64,000 nt of DNA from Eledone cirrhosa (lineage: Eukaryota), in contig OZ024740.1 of NCBI GenBank assembly GCA_964016885.1, forward strand, positions 225,246,001 through 225,310,000, written 5' to 3'. This document shows, one piece after another, positions 26,952 through 40,885 of this stretch (the stretch's first letter is position 1; each line of letters begins with the position of its first letter). The position numbers and the translations under genes were made by a program. The notes beneath the pieces are model-generated. The model ran no database searches, had not been told where the DNA came from, and saw only the letters and a list, made by a program, of their open reading frames with translations.

Positions 26952-28149
26952 CATATGATTGTATGTATGAATGTAAGTGTATAGTTTGTTAGGAGAACAG
27001 GGCCCCTTAATATAACAATAGGATTATAGTATTACTTTGAGTTATGTGACATAAGTCTGTAAAATTGATTAAGATAGCCTGCAAGAAATTAATTATGTAC
27101 CATTTAGCTTGAGTTGATTGTCAATGTATGGACAGATAAAATGGAATGAGAGATGAAAACTGGATGAGCAATGCTGCAAGCTGATGACCGGTCGATTAAT
27201 ATTGGCCAGAGAAATGGAAGATTAGGATGAAGGAGATAGTGAACATGAAGACCAGACAAACAGAAGCAACACTATCAGTAGAAACAACAATAACATCTCT
27301 TCACTTACTTCTACTCCTGCCATCACAACAAAAACAACAGATTGGTTTGTTCATAATATCCGCAAGGTTGTTTAATTAAACAAACTTTTATATTTAACTC
27401 TCTTATAAGCTTATTAGATATTGCAACCTAAGGCAAATTTCTAAATAATGTAAATTACATGACAAAACCATCTTATTCTAAATAGTTTAAGTTGATCAAA
27501 AGTTTCAAATCAGACACTGAAATAGCAAATCTGTATTCTATCCATTGTGAACATTTGAATATAACTGTTTATTCCTACATTTTGGCACAGCAGCAGAAAT
27601 GAAATTTGAAGTAATTAATCTCATATTTTCTTGAATTTTATGAAAGGAAGTTGATCATCTATCAAGTTTTTAATGAAGGCAATTTTAGTCATAACCACGA
27701 CTTTAGTCACCTAATGAATACCAGCTTACCACTCAAGAATTCACCTATGACACTTAATATATTTGTACTGTCCTGTCGTTTTAATATTTTGGCTTTCAAA
27801 TACTGTCTTTCAACTCTGACGTCTTAGAAATTATTATTTAGAACTTAGTATTTTATTATTCTATCTAATGTTTTAAGCATGTTTTTCTGCTAACAAATTT
27901 GTCGGTAATTGTACATTATACTTGCATATAAACTAAATAATATATAATTAAAATGTTCGCTCTGACATATATGTTTATGTCCGCTGTTTACATATATGTT
28001 TATGTATTTGTATATCTTGAAATATACAGTATGTTTATGAATAAACATTAAAAAGCCTTAGCTAGTGCCATCAGGTGGATTCCAGCAAAAGCAAGGGTGG
28101 GTAATTTACCGACAGTCAACTGTTTCTGACTGATGGTTGTTATCTAGAC

Positions 28150-28512
28150 AACATTCTCACTCCCTGCTCTCTGCTTGAAACCAATGTAGGCAAAAACATA
28201 GCTTTGATGCCTATATACATAGCCTGATAATCTTTATTTGCATATAGAGCAGCTCCTATACTATGGGCATGTGGTTAGAATGTCTTAGGAAATAATTACT
28301 GGGCAGATTTTAAGGGCTAAACCAACAAGCAAAAGACCCAGGGGTAGACCACAAGCAAGATGTTTGGATAACATCCATGAGCTTGGCAGGTCTTGCTTGG
28401 GGATCCAGCTAGATCAGTTGGAAATGGTTGCTTCTGATAGGATCAGCTGGAAGGAGTGTTTGAGAACACTGCCCCTACGACCCCCTCAGGAATAAGTGGG
28501 AGAAGAAGAAGA
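28150..28512 (+). mobile_element. Old RTE-like LINE 3' end with (GAA)n tail
   Basis: RPRGRPQARCLDNI motif, then a GAAGAAGAAG tail. Confidence 0.6.
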
Positions 28513-28884
28513 TAATAAAAGTATTCGAGTATTTAAGGCAACATAATGTACACATCCGACTTAGATTGAGAAATAAATATTATTGAATAACAAAACATGA
28601 TTCATCAACATCATTACCATTTCGTTTCTGGTTTCTATGATTGCATGTGTAGAACAGGTTGTCACAATGTGAATCGGGTTTTATTTTGAGTTACTAATCT
28701 CAAACTAATCTCAAACATGTACAATACCTTTGTGAGCATAGTTTCCATGGCTCGATAGCCTTCCTATCAGTAAAATCTTAACAGATTATACTAGGTACAT
28801 TTTATCCTGTCACCAGTACTAGAGATATTGTCATATTTCCAACATGACTATGAGCTCTCTCTATCCTATGTTGATTATTGTTTA

Positions 28885-29072
28885 TGGTGGATTGGCAGTA
28901 TCGGTAGAGCATCGGACGCCATGCTTTGATTCCTAGATTTACGGTCCTTGCCATTCTGAGTTCAAATCCCGCTGAGGTTAACTTTGCCTTTCATCCTTAC
29001 GGGGTCGATAAAATAAAGTACCAGTAATGCACTGGGTAATTGCTGGCCTTGTGCCAAAAGTAGAAACAATTG
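28885..29072 (+). mobile_element. SINE family A
   Basis: Family consensus match. Confidence 0.9.
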
Positions 29073-31263
29073 TTTTCAGTTACAGTAAGCTTTATTTGTG
29101 AATTCATACTATCATTTTCTATTTTTGGTGCTTCAATCTCTGGTAACAATACCATGGTATTTTTTATTGTATGTTGGCCTTTTTTACAATACTTCTTCGG
29201 ACACAGTATCAAGGAATCTTTTACACCAGTAATTCCTACCTGAGATCTACAAATCAGTTCTCGGTGTTTGTGAGCTCAGTTCAAAATCTACCTACTGTGC
29301 TAAAAACACAATATACTCACTAATATGTATTCATTTTTCGTAGGTGTAAATATTTCTCTCTCTCCTTCTCTCTCTCTTGTGGGATTTTTTTCTTGCTGTA
29401 TACCTATCTGGAAGAGGAGTAATTGTAGCAGGAAGGCCATGGGAAAATTCATTTAAATAAAAAAAAAGCACCCAGTCCACCTATAAGATGATAGTGTTTG
29501 AGGACACACTATAAAGTAGTATGCATTAGGACGGGCATCCAACTCTAGAAACCAAGCCCAAAACGGAGCATATGAGCATGACATGATCACCTGATCCATC
29601 TAGTCTCAGTACAAATATGTAAAATAGATGTTAAATATTGTTGATGAAAAGGGTCCTTGATTATGAACGGTTCATAATCACTGTTCTACAGGGTCCTTCG
29701 AACTAACATGCACAGTCACTTTTCCTGCTAGAAATTCTTTCACCCTCCCATTAAAAATAATAGAATGTATATATTGGATAATGTAGTACTAAATGCACTA
29801 TTCTTCAGTAAAAGACATGATGGTCATAGATCAACCGGATCAGAGTTTGCCTTGAACTCAAAGAACAGCCACTACTTTGGATTTCTTTGGTATTTTTGGC
29901 ATCATCTAAATATTCTATTAAGTACTTACTCCACAGAGGAGTAACAAGAACTATCTAGTGAAATGCTTTAGGTTGACCAAGGGATGGAAGGCTTAAGATT
30001 GATGCATACAGAAAAAACCACATAAAGAACCTTCAAATTTCATATGTTATTCTGCCATTTGATCTTTGGATATAATGTCAGAAATGTTATGCTGATATCC
30101 TTAAATTTCAAAGATGTACATATTATCAAAAATAATCCTTGTTAAAGATCATAACTATTCATTGTTTTCTTATTGCCCCTTTTTCTATCATGTAATCTTA
30201 GTATCACACTACCCTCTGGTTATTTATCACTAGTTCTCTCTTATCATGACACACCATATTTATCCAACATACTACCAACAACTAACATGTAACTACCACT
30301 AAAATCCCCCCTCCCTCCATCCTACCACTATTACCCCCTTTCACACTCATTTGCATATACTCTCCATATTTAACATCATGGACACCCTTTCAAATTACAA
30401 TCACAGGCATGTGCCTCTTGAAAGAATGATAACAGAGAGTAAAGAGGACAAGGCATCCTATCAATTGCTAATACCATGATAAAATGCACTCAGTACATTC
30501 TGTAAATTGACTGGTGTTCTAACAGACGATTTAGGATAAAAAGAGATCTTTATTCTTATCAAAGATTTGAAAATATCTCTATTTCTATTATTCCAATGAT
30601 AACAATCTATCCTGCCTATGACAGCATGGAAAGCAGACATAAAATAAACACTATGATCACAACGATGATGTGGATGATGGGTGAACTAATAGATTTTTTA
30701 TGCAGAAAATAGAATTTAGAAGAAACATCTCAAGCATTTAGTTTCCCGTTACAATCCAAAAGATTTAAATAAAAATAATTTATGCTAGTTTATTTTTTTA
30801 TCAATGTTATACAAGCTTGTAATGTTCTTTAAATTCTGACATTTTCTCAAAGTGTTTTCTGAATGCTTTTTTGTGTGATAATCATTGAAGTGTCAAAGGA
30901 ATATAGGCTTGATTGTTCATCTCAACACACTGAGCATTAAAGTAATAAACCATGACAAAGATCAAAACACACTAAGATAAGGGAAACAACTATAATCAAG
31001 TATCTGTTAAAACACCAAAATGTAATAAAATGAAGGACATGAAAGAATTAATGAGAAAATCTCGAAGATATTCTAGTTTAAAAAGTAAAACAGTGTCAAA
31101 GGTTTATAATCAAACAACAGATTCTATAATGCTTTGTTCTTAATCTCTATCTTAAGTTGTATCTGAATTTTCTTTTGAGGAAGGTAATGAATAAATCATA
31201 TATATATATATATATATATGATTTATTCTATATATATATATAGGAAAAGAGTCAGGACCCCGA

Positions 31264-31305
<42 letters not shown>

Positions 31306-31334
31306 TGTATACATACATATATGTGTCTGTCTTC

Positions 31335-31376
<42 letters not shown>

Positions 31377-31449
31377 GAAGACAGACACATATATGTATAT
31401 GAATACACAAACACTGCAGACACACTTATACATATACAAGCATACTATA

Positions 31450-31513
<64 letters not shown>

Positions 31514-31939
31514 CTAAGTATTAGCTTTTATCCAAGTCTGAACTTCAAAGAGTTAAAGAAATTTACTTGCAAACCAGGATGGCTATAAAGATCTATGTTA
31601 TTTCCCGAAATAGCTCTTAGTTAATGACACACTTTCGCTTCCAAAATAAACTTTGAACTATTTCAGTTTATGAACGATTTCTAATTAACCAGTTACGAGA
31701 TTATTAGCTCTCTTGCTTTACCAAGACTAACACTAAACATTTGAACACAGTTACTAAGAGGTGTGCTTAACAGAATAATTCAGTTGCATAGGTTCATAAA
31801 TATATATATATGATGATGATATACTATTGATATGTTATATATATATAGAGATAGATATATGTATATATATATATATGTGTATATATATACATATATATAT
31901 ATATAATGTATTTATTTATATATATATATATATATATAA

Positions 31940-31987
<48 letters not shown>

Positions 31988-32149
31988 GTGTGTATTTATA
32001 TATATACGTTTGTATATGTATATATATATATATATATATATACACGTTTGTATGTGTATCTATATACGTTTATATGTGTATCTATATACGTTTATATGTG
32101 TATATATCTACATGTATATATATGAATATATATTTGTTATATATGTATG

Positions 32150-32231
<82 letters not shown>

Positions 32232-32672
32232 CATACAAACGCACACATACATATTATTGATGAAATATACCGTATTAGCACAAAGAGCATTAAAATACGA
32301 AAAATATGAATAATATCATTGCAATATTTGTCTCATATGTACTATTAATGAAACATTATTATGTGACTGACCATATCATTATATTAGTTGGTTGTTAGTA
32401 AGAATATAATAATACCTTGAAAACCTTTTGTAGTTCTTTGGGATAAAAAGAATGAAATGAAATATTATTGAATTTTTATTTGGTTCTAATTTGTTTCTCT
32501 TCCTTCATATATTTTGTTGCATTTTTCTGTTGTATTTAGTTTTGTCATCATTTGTTATACTTTATACTTTAGCTGGAGGTTTCAAGCTTGGACAGTTTAT
32601 GACAACTAGTTTGAGAAAAAAAATTGAAGAAATATATAAAACAATATATGTGTGTGTCTGTGTGGGCGTGTT

Positions 32673-32709
<37 letters not shown>

Positions 32710-32853
32710 AGTTACATATATATATATATAAAAATATATATTTACACTCACACGCATATATATATATGTGTGTGTGTGTATATATATATATGTGTGTGTA
32801 CATATATATATTTATACACATATATATGTATATACATACGTATAATATATACT

Positions 32854-32896
<43 letters not shown>

Positions 32897-33651
32897 GTGT
32901 GTGTATATGTACATACAAGAACAAAAGAAATTAATGTCAGTGGCAACAACATAAACAAAATTTGAATAAGGTGGATTTGTAGCAAACTTTCATCATCAAA
33001 GATCTGACATAACCTTACAATTATCACTACATTCATCACTTTAACAATAAAACTATATATTCAATCAATCGGCTGATCCACTTTTCAATTTATGAGTCTG
33101 TTGATCTTTATACATTAATATATATGAAATATGAATATTTCCAGTTCGATTCATGTTCTGTTTCCAAGCTAGTTGCCACTACATACATACCACTTTCACA
33201 CAGAAACGTTGTTAATGGTGATGTTGATGGTGGGGTTGGTAGTTGATGGTAATTGTGGTGTTGGTGGTAGTGGTGGTGGTGGTGGTGGCGATGGTATTGT
33301 TGCTGGTGCTGATTGTGATGATGATATTCAACATCAACTATCAACCATTCATGCACAACATATAAACTATGTATGTATGTATGTATGTATGTATGTATGT
33401 ATGTATATATATATGTTGAGATGCATGTGTGTAAATGTATAAGATAAATAAATATTTGTTTTATATATGTGTGTGATACTATCAATTTATTAACCTTTCC
33501 AAGTTAAATATATCCATCGATGGGGGATCATTAATAGTTTTAAAATGGCAATAGTGTAATCATTAGTAGAATATCTATAATCAAGTTTCAAGTTAGTGTT
33601 GGTAGTGTTTGCAGGAACTCAACAATTATTCTATGGCATAGTTTGCAAGTG

Positions 33652-33716
<65 letters not shown>

Positions 33717-33719
<3 letters not shown>

Positions 33720-35510
33720 AGTAACTATAGAGGCATTAAATTAATCGACCAGGTCATGAAGGTCACAGAAAAAGTAATAGCGCAACTAATCAGAGAGAGA
33801 ATTGATCAAGATGAAATGCAGTTCGGGTTTGTGTCAGGTAAAAGTACCACAGACGTTCTTTTCATTGTACGACAACTGCAGGAGAAGTACCTAGCTAAAA
33901 GTAAAGCTTTTGTCGACTTGGAGAAAACCTTCGACAGAGTCCCCCATTCCATTATCTGGTGGGCTCTTAGAAAACTAGGTGTTGATGAATGGCTTGTGAG
34001 AGCTATACAAGCCATGTATAAAGAAACAGTCAGCAAGGTTAGAATTAACAACGAATATAGTGAAGAGTTTAGCGTAAAAGTTGGTGTTCATCAGGGCTCC
34101 GTTCTTAGCCCCTACTATTTATTATTGCCCTTCAGGCTCAAGACCAGCTGCCCATGGGAACTCCTATACGCAGATGATCTAACGCTCATAGCTGAATCAA
34201 TGGCCGAACTAGAGAAGAAATTCCAAACATGGAAGCATGGCCTAGAATCAAAAGGCTTTAAAGTTAACTTGTCTAAAACTAAAGTTCTAGTTTGTAGGAA
34301 GGAAAATAGGGCACCGGTCCCATCTGGGAAATTGCCATGCTCAGTGTGTAGGAAAGGAGTAGGTAAAAACTCCATTTTATGTCCCAAATGCAAAGTATAC
34401 ATAAAAGATGTAGTGGGATCACAGGTAAGCTAACTAAGAATATAGATTTTATATGTGGCCAGTGCTCTGGTGCAATAAGTAGCAGCAAGTGCCCACAGAA
34501 TACTAACTCATTCCATTGCACAGATGGTTCTATAGAAATAGTGGACAGCTTCCTTTACCTGGGTGACAAAATCAGCAGTGGGGGAGGGTGCTCTGAAAGT
34601 ACAGTAGCTAGAGTCAGAACGGAATGGAAAAAGTTCAGTGAGCTTATACCACTATTGGCCGCTAAAGGGTTCTCTCTAAAAATGAAAGGCAGGCTGTATG
34701 ATGCCTGCATACGAACAGCAATGTTACATGGCAGTGAGACCTGGGCATTGTGGGCAGAGAATATACGCAGACTGGAGAGAAACGAAGCTTGCATGCTCCG
34801 CTGGATGTGTAATAGTAATATACGTGAACGGCATAGCATAAATGAACTAAGGGAGAAATTAAGAATAAGAGGAATCAGATGTTGTTTACTCGAGAGAAGA
34901 CTACGTTGGTATGGTCACGTGATGCGCATGAAAGACGACAGCTGTATAAAAAAGTGCAGGGCAATAAAAATAGACAGTAGCCACGGAGTAGGCAGACCCA
35001 GAAAAACCTGGGACAACTTGATAAATTCCGACCTCACACACTTACACCTCTCCAAGACAATGTCACTGGACCGAGATCTTTGGCGCTACACAGTAATAGA
35101 GAAGACCCACCTTACCTATGTGCAAAGTGAAACCTACTACAGTCAGTAGGATCCTCTAACAAAATACACCCCCGTCCCACTACCCTACCCCATCCACACC
35201 ACCCCTTTCAATGTAAATTATGTTGGTACCACAACATCTAGCCTGAAACAAATGAGGTCGTGTAGGTGTCACGACAAAAAAACATACAGTCCACGCTGTA
35301 ATGTGGCCATGTAAGTAACACGGTAAAAACCTCCCAGTCCCACACTGCAAATGTGGTTGGTGTTAAGAAGGGCATCCAGCTGTAGAAAACCCGCCAGACA
35401 GTCCTATGCGAGCAAGACAACCACTCTTGCCTCAAGTGGGAAAACTCCCGTCCAAACCCATGCAAGCGTGGAATATGGACGTTAAACGATGTTGATGATG
35501 ATGATGATGA
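33717..35510 (+). mobile_element. 5'-truncated RTE LINE: frameshifted RT with C4HC3 finger, 3'UTR, (GAT)n tail
   Basis: ORFs 33756-34433 and 34379-35149: QFGF..GKSTTD, FVDLEKTFDRV, GVHQGSVLSP, LYADDL, FLYLG, LHGSETW, RLRWYGHV. Confidence 0.95.
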
Positions 35511-35871
35511 TACATATATATATCCAGTATATTATCAAATATACTGTACATACATTCATATATACATTGCTATTTCAGAGCACCAATACCAAAACCTAAT
35601 TTTTGCAGGACTGGCAACCATTCTGTTTAATCAGCTCTTAAACATTACTGGAATTCTATAAAAATCCAGCTTCTATAATTCTTGGCAGAAGCGAATGGGT
35701 AAGTAGTCTTGATAACCGCTAACGAATGAGAAATGAGATTGCCAATTACTCCCCTTTGTTTTTGCCGAGAATAACTAAGTGACATAGTCACTACTTTAAA
35801 ATTCATAGCAAATGGTCTTCATAATGTTTTTAGTTAAACATGAAGTATATTATCAAATATACTATACATAC

Positions 35872-35916
<45 letters not shown>

Positions 35917-36229
35917 TGTGTGTTTTTCTGGTTTTGTTTATAAAAACATTTCACCAATAGAGGAAGATAGCCAGTTTCTAGCCTAGAAATATGGGTCTTT
36001 CATTGGAATTTAAACAATATCAACTAGGTAATTATCATATATATATATGTCTATCAGCATGGGCATTTCTGTGCAGGTATAGATACCATTGCATGAGTAT
36101 CTTTTTTATGTTATACGTGCATATATACACACATATTTTTATATCTATACATGTATGTTAGCAGTATGTTAAACTTTCAGAATGTTTTACATATTTTTAC
36201 AGTTCCATCAATGGACTGTACTTCTAATT

Positions 36230-36620
36230 TCTTAATTAGCCATGCCCTTTCTGATTCTGTATAGCTCAGATTCTCAGAATTTGAGCTGAGTAAGTTTATA
36301 ACATATCCAAGATTCCCAATGATTATAGGGAAAAATCTAAAGCTATAGTCAGGTTCCTCATTAGTTTGGCATAGATGTTTTCTTTTTCACTAATATGTTA
36401 ACAATACTGTGCATGTCTTCTTTTCTCTGTCCTTTATCATTATGTCTGCTCTGTTATGTCTTCATTTTACTAGACTTTTGACAAGGAAATTGCAACAGTA
36501 CTTTTTTTATATTATGTTTGAGTATGCCCTCCATAGTTTTTTCTTTGGGTTTATCATTTCTATGAATTGCATTATATAGTGTTTTGGCCAGTACATCATG
36601 TCTCATTGGTAGTTAGTACA
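36230..36620 (-). mobile_element. Old R4/NeSL-like RLE-domain remnant
   Basis: Minus strand RHDVLAKTLYNAI, followed by degraded coding-like sequence. Confidence 0.45.
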
Positions 36621-38176
36621 TGAAATGTTTTATCTGAAAGGTCAGGATTAGATCAAAATCAATGAGTTCTAAGACTAGACCGTTATTCAAGTATATATAG
36701 TCTGTATATTAAAGGGCCAACAGAATGACTGCAACATATCAAGTGTCAGGAATTATTAAGCATCACGTGGAAACAAGGCAAGAAACTATCTGCTTTGTAA
36801 CCAGAGGCATTCGGACTTAGCTTGCATCTTCAATTCACGTCCACGTGCAATACAACCAACTTTAGTGTATTAGAGCTTCTCTCAGTCTCGCTTCACACCA
36901 CACATCCTCACTCAACACCAACTGCTAGGGAAAAGGGCCAGTCAGTAGCGCCTGAACCCTCATGTGACGTCACTCATCCTCCCACTTCTGGTCAGGCATC
37001 CCCCAACTTGCAGCAATCTCCCCTATGGCAGCCGCACATGTTTAAATTCCAGCAGACCACCATTTATAAGTATGGTCAATTCCTGTCTTCCACAGCTACA
37101 ATGTAGTACAAGGGAGATAACCCAACACCACTGATGGTACAATAGATACATAAGTCAGAATATCACAGTACTTTCATGACATCTTCGAATAGCTTTGAAT
37201 GGTGTAGATCATCCTCTTCGTTCATTTCAAGGTCTGCATCATGGCATCTTGCCTGAATCACTAACCATTTTGTGCATAAGGTATTTTCACTTCTGAAATT
37301 ACAAAGGCATATCCTTTAAAATGAGAGCTAATATGCTAGTTGATGGTTCAAGATCACTGTTTTGGCTATCTGTATTACTCTCACTTTGTAGTTTTCTGAC
37401 AACAGCTCTGCATGACTTTCTGCTGAGAAGCATACAGCTTTTCATTCACTGATTCATTGCAGTGCTGTGCAACATACTTGGATGTATGATTTTGGTCATT
37501 ATTCTGGAAGTATTTCTCAAGAAGAATCTCACAAATAGAACAAGACATTCATCTAAATGCTTCAAACAGCTACCTTATCGTTTATAAAATATCACTAGCT
37601 CACTTAATTTCTAACTACTACATATATATTCTTGCAGTTCAGAGTATGATTTAACTCAGCATACTTAATTTATACATGATCTAACCACATGTAACCTCAT
37701 TTGTACGTATTTCTTTTTAAATTTAAATTCCTTTATAAATTTAAATTTAAATGTATTTATATATTCATCTCATTATGAAATATATCACTAGTTTACGTAA
37801 TTTTAAAACTTTCTCCCAGAAAACTCTCTTTAAAAAGGATCAAATTATATGCACAGTGTATTAATATTTATAACATATTTATTTTTTATTTTAATTCCTA
37901 TGTATTTATATTTTCATCTCATTTGCATGTTTAATGTGTACTTTCTCTCAGATTATATGTGTAGTATTAATTATTATTCAATTTCAATACTCCAAATTTT
38001 AAATGTTCATCTTACCTTATTTATGCTCATTACACTTATTATTTGATGCACCTCACCACACTCTCTCCAGAAGACAAATGTGATTCCTTCCCTTGCCAAG
38101 ATCTCTGAAATCAGACAGATCGGAGAATAACTTGAATATCTGTCTATTTTTCTATCTACTTATGTATGTATATATA

Positions 38177-38580
38177 TAGAATAGAAAACGAAAATTCAGT
38201 GATGCATCTGAACTCAATTCATTGTGTGTTACAATTGTTTTGCTGGCGGACAGTTCGAGACGTGATCATTGTGTGTCTCTGTTTGATTCTGGAGCCGCAG
38301 GTTCGATGGACATGTCTAATGATTTCGGAGTATATTCTCTGAGAGAATATGCTCTGAAATCATTAGACGTATCCGTCGAACCTGCGGGTCCAGAATCAGA
38401 CAGAGACATACAATGGTTGTGTCTCGAGCTGTCTGCTGGAGAAACAATTGTAACACACAATAAATTGAGTTCAGATGCATCACTGATTTTTCGTTTTCTA
38501 TTCTATCATACTCTGCTCTGTAAGAGCACAGAGTGCTCAACCGGCATACTGCCTATGGAAGCATCTTAGCTATCATCAGA
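38177..38580. mobile_element. Hairpin (MITE-like) element family H, copy 1
   Basis: Imperfect arms of about 164 bp centred on 38341, plus a 75-bp tail with a small hairpin; second copy at 62130-62552. Confidence 0.85.
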
Positions 38581-38797
38581 CACACATATATATATATATA
38601 TATATATTAAATTCAAAGGGATATATGTATATAATTAGACATAGTCACAGATACATATATGAGTTTGGCTACCTTTCACGGTGTGGCTCAATGAAGAATT
38701 AATTAAGCAAATAATTATTAATGAGAGATATATATAAAATTTTATATATATATATATCATGTATGTGGTAGTCCGGGAGTATTTGTCTATATATAGT

Positions 38798-38837
38798 CCG
38801 AGCTGAAGATCCGCTAAGGTGAAACATTTGTTCTCAG
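38798..38837 (+). ncRNA. Minimal type I hammerhead motif
   Basis: GAG-CTGAAGA-TCC GCTAA GGT-GAAA-CATTTG-TT-CTC, inside a TA-flanked repeat (38605-38870) related in inverted orientation to 62780-62880. Confidence 0.65.
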
Positions 38838-40164
38838 TATGGTGAACTAACTGTTGTGTTTCTACTTCTATATATATATGTATGTATATGCACATGTACA
38901 AATACATACACATGAGTGCACTTGTATATCAGCCACTTCTAACCCCTTGTCTAAATGTGACAAAATAGGACAAATTTCTTGACTATTGTTGAAGCCTAAT
39001 ATCCTCAAACCTTTGTACATAGTATAGCTCGTTAGGGAGAGTTGGATTACAAGTAATTTGGTGGAAAAGTGTCATCTTCATATAAAAGCAGCTTACCATA
39101 CCACTACCTGTAACCAAGAAATATCAGAGACCTTCTTCATTTCAGGCAGAAAACATACATCAAATTACCCAACCAGCATGCTGCATCAAATATGAATCTT
39201 CAGAGCTACAACAATAAACGTTAGTACAATAAAAGGAAAATAAAATATGAATGTGATATGATCGAACATATCCACCTAATTTTCAGAACCCATCGATCAA
39301 GACATTCATGCAGTGCTTTTCCTATAAGGTGCAACATTTCAGAGTTGTTACAATGAAGAGCAGGTCAGGTGAGGTCATGGCAATACAAGAATGAAGAAAA
39401 GTATAAGAATGCTATGTGCAAAATGTCAGATAGAGAGGAGTTTCAGACAAATACATCACAGGCAAAAAAATAGATACAACTTTTTCTGTGTGGGAATAGT
39501 CTTATTTGAAAACTGAAGGTAATTGAGGTAGGGAGTGTGATAAAATAATTAACCTTACACTAGCCTTGAGCAATACATCGGCTACTGTAATATCTGCATG
39601 CACTCCACAAGATGAACTTGCAACAAGTCACAATGATAACTTTAGGAAATATTCTTACAGACTTCATTAACGATGAACAACAATGATCTTAATATGGCTG
39701 GACACTGCAATGGCCATGTTTAAAAACTCTGTCACAGCCTTCCTAGAGCATATGATTGCCATGGGTATGGAGTTCTGTTACGTATATCATCTAACCATTT
39801 ACAACAAAATCTTTAGTAAACTATCCAGCCACCTGACAAGCAAAATCAACTTCACCCTCACCAGGAAATTGAGATAGATGAATGGCAATACATATCAAGT
39901 CCTTCCCTGGGGTAGAATGTACCTCCCAACATAAAGTAGCTATCATTGGTCTTAGAATAAGAGACAGACAAATATGGAGACAATGGTCGATCTGCAGAAG
40001 GAGGTGGATGCTGAAAGAATCCTCAGTTGGCAACAAACTCAGAGAAATATAATCTCCTAACATATTGAATACCTTTTGAGTACTTTTTTGATACCCATCA
40101 TGAATCAACTCATTATATATATATGTGTGTGTGTGTATATTTGTGTATATATATATATATATAT

Positions 40165-40256
40165 ATAGGAACCAGTAAGACCCCGACAGCTGAGCTCAAG
40201 CCGTTTCGACGTCGAAACGGCTTGAGCTCAGCTGTCGGGGTCTTACTGGTTCCTAT
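40165..40256. repeat. Perfect 92-bp palindrome heading a TA-flanked element (to about 40333)
   Basis: Zero-spacer symmetry about 40210/40211 (TTCGAC|GTCGAA). Confidence 0.95.
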
Positions 40257-40332
40257 TACCCACTCTACTACCTCAAGTATTGAGTACTTTGGTGCGTTAT
40301 GGTCCACCTGGTTCCTTACCACATTTCCTTCG

Positions 40333-40397
<65 letters not shown>

Positions 40398-40701
40398 GAT
40401 AAATCTACCAAAATATACGGTAGTGTCCAATCCGTATGAAGAACTCAATGTAATCCAAATATCATGAAAAGAGAAGATGCATTCAAAAATTTCCGATGAA
40501 AATCACAGGAAAACAGAGTCAAGATAAATTAATAAAAACAAAGAACAAGTTCCTTATATTAAAAAATTCATCATTTTACGATGGTTTCTAGGATATATAT
40601 GTGTGTTGGTATGTATATCATATAGATCTATGTAAACATTTTACAAACTATCAGAGGAAATATATATACATTCACATATATATGCTGTCTTCAGAAATAA
40701 T

Positions 40702-40885
40702 TGTTTCTACTTGTTGGCACAAGGCCAGTAATTACCCAGTGCATTACTGGTACTTTATTTTATCGACCCCGTAAGGATGAAAGGCAAAGTTAACCTCGGC
40801 GGGATTTGAACTCAGAATGGAAAGGGCCGTAACTCTATGCGTGAAAGCATGGCGTCCGACCCTCTACCGATACGGCCAATCCACC
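40702..40885 (-). mobile_element. SINE A in the left PLE arm
   Basis: 15-bp TSD GTCTTCAGAAATAAT (40687-40701 and 40886-40900). Confidence 0.92.

Noticed and set aside
27225-27370. Exon-like reading frame DEGDSEHEDQ...NIRK|GT
   Set aside because: No polypyrimidine acceptor, no partner exons and no recognisable domain.
39190-40110. Very old LINE-like coding debris (also about 6590-6900, 21050-21370, 48050-48480)
   Set aside because: Too degraded to delimit or classify by eye.
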